From contig JACQBR010000008.1 of assembly GCA_016194335.1 (NCBI GenBank), forward strand, positions 864 to 64,863: 64,000 bases of DNA, in the 5' to 3' direction. Position numbers and translations under genes: made by a program. Positions 36,557 to 44,374 of the stretch are shown here, piece after piece. The stretch comes from Candidatus Micrarchaeota archaeon. GTDB lineage: Archaea; Micrarchaeota; Micrarchaeia; Norongarragalinales; UBA97. The stretch's first letter is position 1, and each line of letters opens with the position of its first letter. Under the pieces are notes generated by a model. That model was not told where the DNA came from and ran no database searches. It saw only the letters and a program-made list of their open reading frames with translations.

Positions 36557-38218
36557 CTACTTCCTGCCATCCTGCAGCTTTTCAATCGGCACTTCCGTGT
36601 TTGCCTTTGTGCGTGCCGCGTCGCGGTTTGCCTTGAGCTTGCGCAGGAGGGTAAATCCGCCCGCGAGCGCTGCGAGGATGAGGATGACTCCCGCAATGAG
36701 CGTGAGGTCGATTTCGTTCTCGCGGCCCCGGAGGGAAACGAGCCGCGTGGAGAGGGCGGTTGCGTTCTGGCCCGCATTCTTGAACTGTTCGGCGGTGACG
36801 GGCCGGGCGGACTTGAGGTCCTGCTCGCTGAGCTGGAACGACTCGCGCAGTTGGGTGACCTGCTTCCGCATTTCGGCAACGCGCGGGTCGTTGGTGCCGA
36901 ATTTCTTCGTGGCGGTGGCGAGCGTCGCGGAGGCGTTGTTGATTGCGGATAGCGAGGCGGAGTAGTCGGCCAGGACTGCATTCTGGCTTTCGTAAGCGAG
37001 GGACGCGTCCGTTATTGCCTTGTCCGCGTCGGCAGCTGCGGTCGCGACGATGCTGGCGTTGGTCTGGTTGCCTATCGCGCCCAGCTTGGCGCGGGCGTCG
37101 GCGACTTTCTTGCCCAATCCCGGCAGGTCCATGTTCCTGTTGGCCTTCTTGAACGAGGAGGAGAGCCGTGCGTAATTGGCTTCAAGCGCGGCCACCTTGC
37201 CCTCCCTAAGCGCGGTTGCCTTCCTTATCGAGGCGGGAAGCGTCCTGCCCGCAGTGAAGGAGAGGATTGCATTTCCTATTGCTTGGGCGTTGGGGAACGA
37301 CGAGCCGGCGCTGGCCTGGCTGTCGATGTTGCCCATCGCGTTCACGTCGATGTTGCACCTGCCGAGCCCGCCGTCGTGGGCGAATTCGTATTGCGTGAGC
37401 ATCGAGGAGTGTGCCGAGTTGAACTGGTCGTAACCCGCCTTGAACGAGGTGATGTTGGACTTGATGTCTGAAAGTATGGGCGTTAGGCCTCCGACAGACG
37501 CCTGCTGGAATTCCCCGTCGAGGTCGGCAACGCGGCTGTTGATGTTGCGGAGGGAGCCGTTCATGGATGCGAATCCGGAGTTTATGGCGGCCTTTGCGGG
37601 GCCTATTGCCACCGAGAGGTTGAGGATGGAGCTCAGGTCGGTTGAATAGATGAGGGAGCACAGCCACGCCCTGCCGGCAGCGAGGATGAAGCAGAAGCTG
37701 CCCCGGTTGCCCTGGGTGAAGTTGTAGTAAACCTGGCTGCAGTAGTCCGTGCTGGACTTGAGGGAAGCGTAGTTGGTCTTTATCGCGTCAAGGTTGGCTT
37801 GCTTGAACGGGATGTCAAGCTGCGAAACGTATGCGGGGACTGCCGCGTTGATGTCCGAAAGCGTCGTGAGGGCGTTTTCGTTCTCGTCAAAGACGATTGC
37901 CTCGCTCCCGCCCACCTTCACCAGCGTGTATTTCCTGCCCCCCGCCGTGACGGGAACCTTTTCGGGCGTCTCGCCGGAGTTGAGGTAATAGCCTATTTCC
38001 GCATCCACGCCGGTGAGCGCGGGCTTTGCGGGGGTTGCGTTCACCGTGGCATTGCCGCCCGTTGGGGGTGCGCCCGCGGTCGCGTTTGCCGAGGCGTTAA
38101 GGGCGGCGCTGCCCGAAGCGTTTGCCGAGGCGGAACCGTTGGCCAGCGCCGAGGCAAAACCCGCGCTTAGCAGCAGGAACATCAACGGGAGGAGCAAAGC
38201 CTTCCTGGCAAAAAGCAT
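36557..38218 (-). CDS. Surface glycoprotein with a signal peptide, many N-glycosylation sequons, and a C-terminal TM anchor with a basic tail
   Basis: N-terminal signal. NGS, NAS, NAT, NQT and NIT sequons throughout. C-terminus LIAGVILILAALAGGFTLLRKLKANR. Confidence 0.65.
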   Translation of the reverse strand: MLFARKALLLPLMFLLLSAGFASALANGSASANASGSAALNASANATAGAPPTGGNATVNATPAKPALTGVDAEIGYYLNSGETPEKVPVTAGGRKYTLVKVGGSEAIVFDENENALTTLSDINAAVPAYVSQLDIPFKQANLDAIKTNYASLKSSTDYCSQVYYNFTQGNRGSFCFILAAGRAWLCSLIYSTDLSSILNLSVAIGPAKAAINSGFASMNGSLRNINSRVADLDGEFQQASVGGLTPILSDIKSNITSFKAGYDQFNSAHSSMLTQYEFAHDGGLGRCNIDVNAMGNIDSQASAGSSFPNAQAIGNAILSFTAGRTLPASIRKATALREGKVAALEANYARLSSSFKKANRNMDLPGLGKKVADARAKLGAIGNQTNASIVATAAADADKAITDASLAYESQNAVLADYSASLSAINNASATLATATKKFGTNDPRVAEMRKQVTQLRESFQLSEQDLKSARPVTAEQFKNAGQNATALSTRLVSLRGRENEIDLTLIAGVILILAALAGGFTLLRKLKANRDAARTKANTEVPIEKLQDGRK

Positions 38219-38272
38219 GAAATAAATAGGCTTCTTCTTTTAAAATAGTGATATACGCGACATGCGCGACCC

Positions 38273-38399
38273 CCCGCTGTAGCTCAATCTGGCAGAGCAC
38301 CTGACTGTAGCCAAAAAGCGCGCTTGCACGAATGCGATGAATGCAAGCCAGTCCTCGTCAGAAATCAGGGTGTTGGGAGTTCAAATCTCCCCAGCGGGA
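38273..38399 (+). tRNA. tRNA-Tyr (anticodon GTA) with a 53-nt intron at the canonical 37/38 position (38311..38363)
   Basis: Acceptor cccgctg/cagcggg, D-arm gctc..gagc, anticodon stem cctga/tcagg, loop cTGTAg then the intron, T-arm gggag-ttcaaat-ctccc. Confidence 0.75.
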
Positions 38400-38470
38400 C
38401 CTTTTTTGTCAATAAGCCGGCTGGTTTCTTGGCCGAATTCCTTTTTCCCAAGGCATTTGCTTGAGCCGCC

Positions 38471-38695
38471 TTAAGTCTTGTCCTTCCTGAATGGGGCGCC
38501 GATTGTTCCGTTGCGTGTTTCTTCAAAGGTTGGCGGGTTTGAAACCACTTGTGTCAAGTCGCGGTTCCGTCTTTCCTCGTGTAACAGGAGCCTTGCTTCG
38601 AACGAACTTTCCTCCAAGCTTGTTGAAAGCGGCTTGAGTTTTTCTTCAATCAGTTCATAGTCGGGCTTTATCCCGTTTTCCAGAAGGTATGCCAA
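38471..38695 (-). CDS. Hypothetical small protein (74 aa)
   Basis: ORF only. Confidence 0.2.
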   Translation of the reverse strand: MAYLLENGIKPDYELIEEKLKPLSTSLEESSFEARLLLHEERRNRDLTQVVSNPPTFEETRNGTIGAPFRKDKT

Positions 38696-38827
38696 GTCGC
38701 AGGCGTCACGCGGCTTTGGCCGGTGGTAGATGGCGCGTATTTTTTTGATTCTTTATTGCGAAAGTTAGCTTAAGTCCTCTCCGGAACCCAACTTTTTTCC
38801 GGTTCACCCAGTGTGGCCTTTGCCGAT

Positions 38828-39046
38828 TCAGTTCGAAACCCCGATTACTTTCCTTTTCGACGCGCGGCCCCGCATTATCGCAACCCGATTCTTCGGGACT
38901 TTGAGAAAATCGGCAACCAGCCCGATTACTTCCGCATTCGCCTTCCCCTCAATCGGCTTTGCCCTCACGCGCACCTTAAGCCCGCCTTCAAACCTCTCGA
39001 CCCCGGGCTTGGATGAGTTTGCAACGACGCGGATTTCGATTAGCAT
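38828..39046 (-). CDS. DUF167/YggU-family protein
   Basis: MLIEIRVVANSSK...G.LKVRV.A.P..GKAN.E and a roughly 75-aa size fit YggU/UPF0235. Confidence 0.6.
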   Translation of the reverse strand: MLIEIRVVANSSKPGVERFEGGLKVRVRAKPIEGKANAEVIGLVADFLKVPKNRVAIMRGRASKRKVIGVSN

Positions 39047-39114
39047 TTTCCAACAAACCATATGTCGCCGATTTTTTAACCCTTCTCCATGAATATACTA
39101 TTCTGGTTAGTTCT

Positions 39115-39187
39115 GCCTTGGTGGTGTAGCGGTCTAGCATAATGGCCTGTCACGCCGTTGACTCGGGTTCGAATCCCGACCAGGGCG
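39115..39187 (+). tRNA. tRNA-Asp (anticodon GTC)
   Basis: GCCTTGGTGGTGTAGC...CTGTCAC...TCGGGTTCGAATCCCGACCAGGGCG closely matches archaeal tRNA-Asp. Confidence 0.85.
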
Positions 39188-39220
39188 CCTCTTCTTCTTT
39201 CCAGCCCTCTCGCGCGAGGG
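39177..39220. repeat. Direct repeat copy 1 (44 nt), starting with the last 11 nt of tRNA-Asp. att-like
   Basis: cgaccagggcgcctcttcttctttccagccctctcgcgcgaggg is identical to 40412..40455. Confidence 0.8.
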
Positions 39221-39426
39221 CATCCAGCTTGGAGTTCACATCCCCTAACGGGGCGCTTAACCGCATGCGCCGAAATAGGGGTTCACTCAATGTTCAGTCC
39301 GCACAGCTTACTTTACAATCGATTGTTAGGGCGTGTGCCTAAGAGTTCTACCCGCATGTTTTAGGCATACTTTTTATAGACTAAATGTGTGCTAAGCCTT
39401 AAATAGTCCGCCTGCCTATTACTCGC

Positions 39427-40359
39427 ATGCGCACGCGGCTCAAGGTGGTGAACGGCCGGCAGTATTACTATCTGGAGGAGTCCATCCGGCTTGAGAAGCC
39501 AGTGGTCTACTCTGTTTTTTTGGGCAAGCGGATTCCCGCAAAAAAAGAGCTTGAAGCGAAGAAGGAGGGGTTGCTCGCCAAGATGTACGGCTCGCTTCTG
39601 GCTGGAGCAGAACGCCTCTTCCTTTCGCGGGAGCAGCTCGTTGAAGCCGAGAAGCTGCGTAGGCGATACGTGCAAAAAGTCAGGAAACTCGGCAAGGTTG
39701 CGCGGGATGAGAGGGAGGAAGTGGATGCAGTCAATTTCGTCTACACCACGCTTACCACCGAAGGCGTTCCTATTACCAGAGAGGACGCCAATCTTGCCTA
39801 CAAGTTCGACAGAAAGAATGTCAAGAACCTGCGCGACGAGAACCTGCGCGTTGCGCTCGACATGATCAAGGGCCTCAGGTTCGTCAAGGAAGGCAAGAAA
39901 GGGCTAACGCTTGATTTCCTAGCCAGGCTGCACGGCATCATCATGGCGCAGTACGGTGAACGAGCGCCTGGAGAATTCCGTTCAAAGCAGGCATACATTT
40001 ACCTCAAGAGCTACCAGCGGGCTGAAGAAATAGGCTTTCGGCCTCCAGCCCACCAAGAGGTAACGAAAAAACTCCGTGAGCTCGTCGAATGGTACAACGC
40101 CAACGAGGGAACGCTAAACGCCATCGAACTGGCCGCCCTGCTGCACCTGCGCTTTTACATGATTCACCCGTTCGAGGACGGCAACAAACGCGTTTCAAGG
40201 CTCTTGCTCAACAAGGCCCTCTTCGACAAGGGCTATCCCCTGCTAAACATCTCGAAAGACTCCCGAAGCTATTTCGACGCGCTCATAACCGCGGTCGAAC
40301 GGAGGGACGAAAAAGCCTTCGTGCAATTCGTCTACGAACAATTCATCGCACGCAAGTAG
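39427..40359 (+). CDS. fic: Fic/Doc-family protein (putative AMPylator)
   Basis: HPFEDGNKRVSRLL is a variant of the Fic motif HxFx(D/E)GNGRxxR. It sits between the att-like direct repeats. Confidence 0.8.
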   Translation: MRTRLKVVNGRQYYYLEESIRLEKPVVYSVFLGKRIPAKKELEAKKEGLLAKMYGSLLAGAERLFLSREQLVEAEKLRRRYVQKVRKLGKVARDEREEVDAVNFVYTTLTTEGVPITREDANLAYKFDRKNVKNLRDENLRVALDMIKGLRFVKEGKKGLTLDFLARLHGIIMAQYGERAPGEFRSKQAYIYLKSYQRAEEIGFRPPAHQEVTKKLRELVEWYNANEGTLNAIELAALLHLRFYMIHPFEDGNKRVSRLLLNKALFDKGYPLLNISKDSRSYFDALITAVERRDEKAFVQFVYEQFIARK

Positions 40360-40411
40360 TCGGGAGTTCCTTTTCCGTTCTCGGGGACGGCCCATCTGAC
40401 GGCCAGCCATG

Positions 40412-40455
40412 CGACCAGGGCGCCTCTTCTTCTTTCCAGCCCTCTCGCGCGAGGG
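40412..40455. repeat. Direct repeat copy 2 (44 nt), att-like
   Basis: Identical to 39177..39220. It is followed by ggcgtgtgcctaa, which also occurs at 39329-39342 about 110 nt downstream of copy 1. Confidence 0.8.
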
Positions 40456-40709
40456 GGCGTGTGCCTAACCTTTGGCGCGTAGCCCTTTCAAGGCGCTCCA
40501 ACTCCCGTCTGCCCGCCGATGGCATTTCGGAAGCGGAACGTTTAACCTTTTTTTAAAACGGCCGCGCATAGACTATCGTGCCGCTCCCCTAGAAGGCACC
40601 CCTGAAAACGCGCCTTTTTCCCCTTCTTTCTTTATTGGCTTTCTTTCGGGATTATTGTAGTGCCTAACTCTTTCCGGTTGAGTGCAAAACGCCCGGTCAT
40701 GCCAATCGC

Positions 40710-41780
40710 TCAGCCTGCGTTTTCGTAGTTGTACATCGCCGCGATTTCCGTTGCTGAAAGGGCGCGGGCGTACACGTGCGCCTCGTCGATCTGCCCGTTG
40801 AGGTTTTCGGCGTTGTAGTCAGTTCCCCCTCCGGCATACCAGTTGCGCGAGCCGGTGATTGCGTTGGCGTTTCCTGCGGAGTAGACTGGCGCGCCATTGA
40901 GGTAGAGCGTCACCGTTCCTGAAGACCTCACCCACGCGACGTGGTACCATTGGTTCGCGCTAAGAACCGGCCCGCCGCTTGTGGCTGCGGTGGCGTAATA
41001 GTTGACAATGCCGTTGTAGACATATAATTCAACCCCGCCGGCATTTCCAGAGCCGTAGTTGCCCATCACAAAATTAGCGACAGCTGGATTGACGAGATTC
41101 ACCCACGCGGTTGCCGTGAAATCCCCCGTGCCGGTTATCAACGGGGTTGAAAGGCCGATTTTCTGGCTTGAGCTTGGCCCGGCAAACGAATAGCACCCTC
41201 CCTTCTTGCAGGATGGAACGAATGTCGGCGGGCCGTTGAGGTTGCCGTTGTTGCCGCTGGGGCTCGCGTCAAGGGCGTTGTTTTCAAGGTGCAGCGAGAG
41301 CACCGCGGTGGAGTCCACCCAAGGGAGCCATGCGCCTTCGTACCTTCCGCGGATTGTCCCGGAAAGCGTGTGGTTGATTCCGCTCCGGGCGTTCACGTAC
41401 CATCCCCTTACCGCGCCTTGGTATGTGCTTCCGGGCGCACCTGAAGGCAATGCCCCGGACGCCTTGCACGTCGTGTTCCCCCCGGCTGCGACGGAGGCGG
41501 GGCTGCATGAGCCCCCTGCGACGGAGATGTTGCTTATGGCGTTTCCGAGCTGGTTGTTCAGAATGATCGTGAGCTTTCCGAGCGGGTCGACTGAAAAATC
41601 GCTTGCCAGCATTCCGGAGAACCCCGATGCGCTTTTGACGCCGATGAAGGACTCGGGGCTGAAGACGCCGGTGTACCACAAGGCCGCGCCGATGATGACG
41701 ATTGCGAGGATGGCCCAGCCGTAAGTGACGAGGTATTCGAGTGCGGACTGTCCCCTCGGGCGTGCAGGTTGCAATGCCAT
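40710..41780 (-). CDS. Type IV pilin-like protein (class III signal peptide) with a C-terminal LamG/ConA-like lectin domain
   Basis: PRGQSALEYLVTYGWAILAIVIIG is an archaeal prepilin peptidase site followed by a hydrophobic helix. C-terminal domain with W.HVAWV....LYLNG resembles Laminin_G_3. Confidence 0.65.
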   Translation of the reverse strand: MALQPARPRGQSALEYLVTYGWAILAIVIIGAALWYTGVFSPESFIGVKSASGFSGMLASDFSVDPLGKLTIILNNQLGNAISNISVAGGSCSPASVAAGGNTTCKASGALPSGAPGSTYQGAVRGWYVNARSGINHTLSGTIRGRYEGAWLPWVDSTAVLSLHLENNALDASPSGNNGNLNGPPTFVPSCKKGGCYSFAGPSSSQKIGLSTPLITGTGDFTATAWVNLVNPAVANFVMGNYGSGNAGGVELYVYNGIVNYYATAATSGGPVLSANQWYHVAWVRSSGTVTLYLNGAPVYSAGNANAITGSRNWYAGGGTDYNAENLNGQIDEAHVYARALSATEIAAMYNYENAG

Positions 41781-42016
41781 GGGATGAATCTCCAATGGAC
41801 TACTGTTTGGAGGTTTATAAAGCGGCATCAAACCGCACTTTGTCTCGTCAACCGCCGGCCTTATTTCAAGGGCTGGTTTGGTTCAGAAGGAAATCACTTC
41901 CTGCCCGGATATTGCCGCAGCATCCCTTACTCTCACCGCCCGCCTTTGCTCACTCTTTTATACCGATGATTCCTTACTTTAGTTGCAAAGTTCGTTTTTG
42001 GAGGATTGATTTGAAA

Positions 42017-42295
42017 ATGGGAATGCATGGAACGTGCAAGAAGGTAATGGGCGTTTTGGTTTTGGCATCGGGCGTCGCCTTGGCAATGGGCGGGTGGGGC
42101 TATCTCACCGTCACCGGCGCGCTTAAGGTGGCCGGCGTTCTCTTCGTGCTCAAGGGCCTTTCTGCACTTGCCCACTCGATGAACATGTGCCCCCAGTGCA
42201 GCGAGGCTTGCGGCCACGGCGGCAATTGCGACTGCGGCCACGGGGGATGCTGCATGCAGGAAAAGGCGGCCGCGCACAGGGGCAGGCGCAGGTAA
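42017..42295 (+). CDS. Small 2-TM membrane protein with a C-terminal Cys/His-rich metal-binding tail
   Basis: MGMHGTCKKVMGVLVLASGVALAMGGWGYLTVTGALKVAGVLFVLKGL then CPQCSEACGHGGNCDCGHGGCC. Confidence 0.4.
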   Translation: MGMHGTCKKVMGVLVLASGVALAMGGWGYLTVTGALKVAGVLFVLKGLSALAHSMNMCPQCSEACGHGGNCDCGHGGCCMQEKAAAHRGRRR

Positions 42296-42440
42296 GTTCC
42301 AACCGGAAACAGGAGGCAAGCCCCCAGGGGGATGTTGGGGGCTAAAGCTTCCCATTTCACTTCAGATAGCCTTTTAATCTTTTCTTTTCTAATAACTACT
42401 GTCGCAGTCAAGCGTAGCGTATTCTTGGGTTGGTATAAGG

Positions 42441-42680
42441 TTGGGGACCGCAGAGCATATACTCGTGCCTAAGCATTCCATTGCCACCGAGCAGGAGGTG
42501 GCGGGTTTGCTCGAGAAATTCGGCAAGCCAGTGCAGGCCCTGCCCCTCATCGCAACCGACGACCCGGCAATCAAGGAATTGGGCGCAAGGGAGGGCGACG
42601 TGATCCGCATCGACCGCAACAGCCCCACGACCGGCAAGGTCGAGCCTTACTACCGCCTGGTTTCAGAGCTTGACGACTAG
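42441..42680 (+). CDS. rpoH: DNA-directed RNA polymerase subunit H (Rpb5-like)
   Basis: HILVPKH motif. 79 aa. Immediately upstream of rpoB. Start codon TTG or GTG. Confidence 0.8.
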   Translation: MGTAEHILVPKHSIATEQEVAGLLEKFGKPVQALPLIATDDPAIKELGAREGDVIRIDRNSPTTGKVEPYYRLVSELDD

Positions 42681-42798
42681 GGATTTGCATTACTCGCCCA
42701 TTCGCCGCAATGGCGATTCGGGAAAATCTACAAACGGACCCCTGCGGGCCATCTGCTCTTCGGGGCCGCAGTTGGGTTTTTCGGAGCGTGGTGGGAAG

Positions 42799-44268
42799 AT
42801 GGCCTTTGAGGAAATCACGGCTGATTATCTGCGGGAAAACAGCCTGGTCAAGCAGTTCATAGAGTCTTACGACAAGTTCGTCGAGACGGGCTTGCAGGAA
42901 GTGGTGGACAGCCAGCAGGTCATCGAGCCGCAGATTGAGGGGCTCGTGCTGCGCCTGGGCCGCATCCGCGTGGAGAAGCCGCGCGTGATCGAGGTGGACG
43001 GGTCTTCCCGCGTTTTCTACCCGGCCGAAACGCGCGCGCGCGACCTTTCGTACACCGCGCCGCTCTTTCTGGAAATCACTCCCGTCATCCACGGGAGCGA
43101 AAAGCGCACTGAAGAGGTGTTCGTGGGCGAACTGCCCGTGATGGTGAAGAGCAAGCTCTGCTACCTCAACGGGAAGTCCGCACAGGAGCTTGTCGAACTT
43201 GGCGAGGATGCCAAGGATCCGGGGGCGTATTTCGTCATCAACGGGACGGAAAAGACGCTCGTCACCCTCGAGGACCTTGCGCCAAACCGCATTCTGGTCT
43301 CGCGGGAGAAGGACGGCAAGTCGGTTCAGTCCAAGATTTTCTCCACCCGACTGGGATTCCGCGGCCGCTGCACCGTCGACCGCAGCACGGAAGGCAAGCT
43401 GAGCGTGACGATGCCCAGCTACGGCAAGCCCCTCGAGCTCACCCTCACGCTCAAGGCGTTGGGCATGGACAAGGTGGAGAAAATCGTCGAGGCGTTTTCG
43501 CAGGACCCCGAAGTGCAGAACGACATTGCCCTCAACCTCGAGATTGACGAGGCCAAAAACCGGCGCGAGGCCCTTGAGATAATCGGGAAGCGCGCGGCCC
43601 CCGGCCAGCCTGTTGAGTACCAGGTGCGGCGCGCGGAACTGCTTCTTGACCGTTATCTCCTTCCCCACATCGGCATCGACGAGAGCGCGCGCATCCCCAA
43701 GGCGTATTTCCTCACGCGCATGGCAGAACGCGCCACGATGGTGGCGTACAGGAAGCGCGCGCCCGAGGACAAGGACCACTATGCCAACAAGCGCCTCAAA
43801 ATAAGCGGAATGCTCATGGAAGAGCTGTTCCGCTATTCCTTCCAGTTCCTCGTCAAGGACGTGGCGTACCAGATGGAGCGCGCGAACGTGCGCGGCCGCA
43901 AGATGTCGATGTTCGCCGTCGTTCGCCCCGACGCCCTCACCGAGAGGCTGAAGTATTCAATGGCAACCGGCAACTGGGTGGGCGGGCACACGGGCGTTTC
44001 CCAGCCGCTTGACCGCTACAACTACATCAGCGCAATGAGCTTCCTGCGCCGCGTCACTTCCCCCTTGGCAAAGAAGCATCCCCACTACAAGGCGCGCGAC
44101 CTCAACGGCACGCACTTCGGCAGGCTCGACCCCAACGAAACGCCGGAAGGCCCCAACTGCGGCCTGGTAAAGGCGCTCGCTCTCTTCAGCGAAGTCACCA
44201 CGGGCACTCCCGAGGAGGAAGTGGAGCATTTGCTCAAGAAGATGGACGTCAGCCTCAGGCTGGACTAG
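42799..44268 (+). CDS. rpoB2: DNA-directed RNA polymerase subunit B'' (N-terminal half of split RpoB)
   Basis: Rpb2 N-terminal domains. Start at MAFEEITADYL. Confidence 0.92.
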   Translation: MAFEEITADYLRENSLVKQFIESYDKFVETGLQEVVDSQQVIEPQIEGLVLRLGRIRVEKPRVIEVDGSSRVFYPAETRARDLSYTAPLFLEITPVIHGSEKRTEEVFVGELPVMVKSKLCYLNGKSAQELVELGEDAKDPGAYFVINGTEKTLVTLEDLAPNRILVSREKDGKSVQSKIFSTRLGFRGRCTVDRSTEGKLSVTMPSYGKPLELTLTLKALGMDKVEKIVEAFSQDPEVQNDIALNLEIDEAKNRREALEIIGKRAAPGQPVEYQVRRAELLLDRYLLPHIGIDESARIPKAYFLTRMAERATMVAYRKRAPEDKDHYANKRLKISGMLMEELFRYSFQFLVKDVAYQMERANVRGRKMSMFAVVRPDALTERLKYSMATGNWVGGHTGVSQPLDRYNYISAMSFLRRVTSPLAKKHPHYKARDLNGTHFGRLDPNETPEGPNCGLVKALALFSEVTTGTPEEEVEHLLKKMDVSLRLD

Positions 44269-44374
44269 CGCAGTTCCATTTTGGTTTTTCGTTTTGTTTT
44301 TTTTTTGGTGCGGGAATCAAAAAAGATATTTTCAGGAAATCAAGGTCGTCATCAACTTCAGGGTGGTAGGGCAG

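Noticed and set aside
39142-39364. 66-68-aa plus-strand ORFs overlapping tRNA-Asp and repeat copy 1, considered as possible split SSV-type integrase fragments
   Set aside because: No integrase-like residues. Low-complexity Ser/Arg/Pro content. Probably noncoding.
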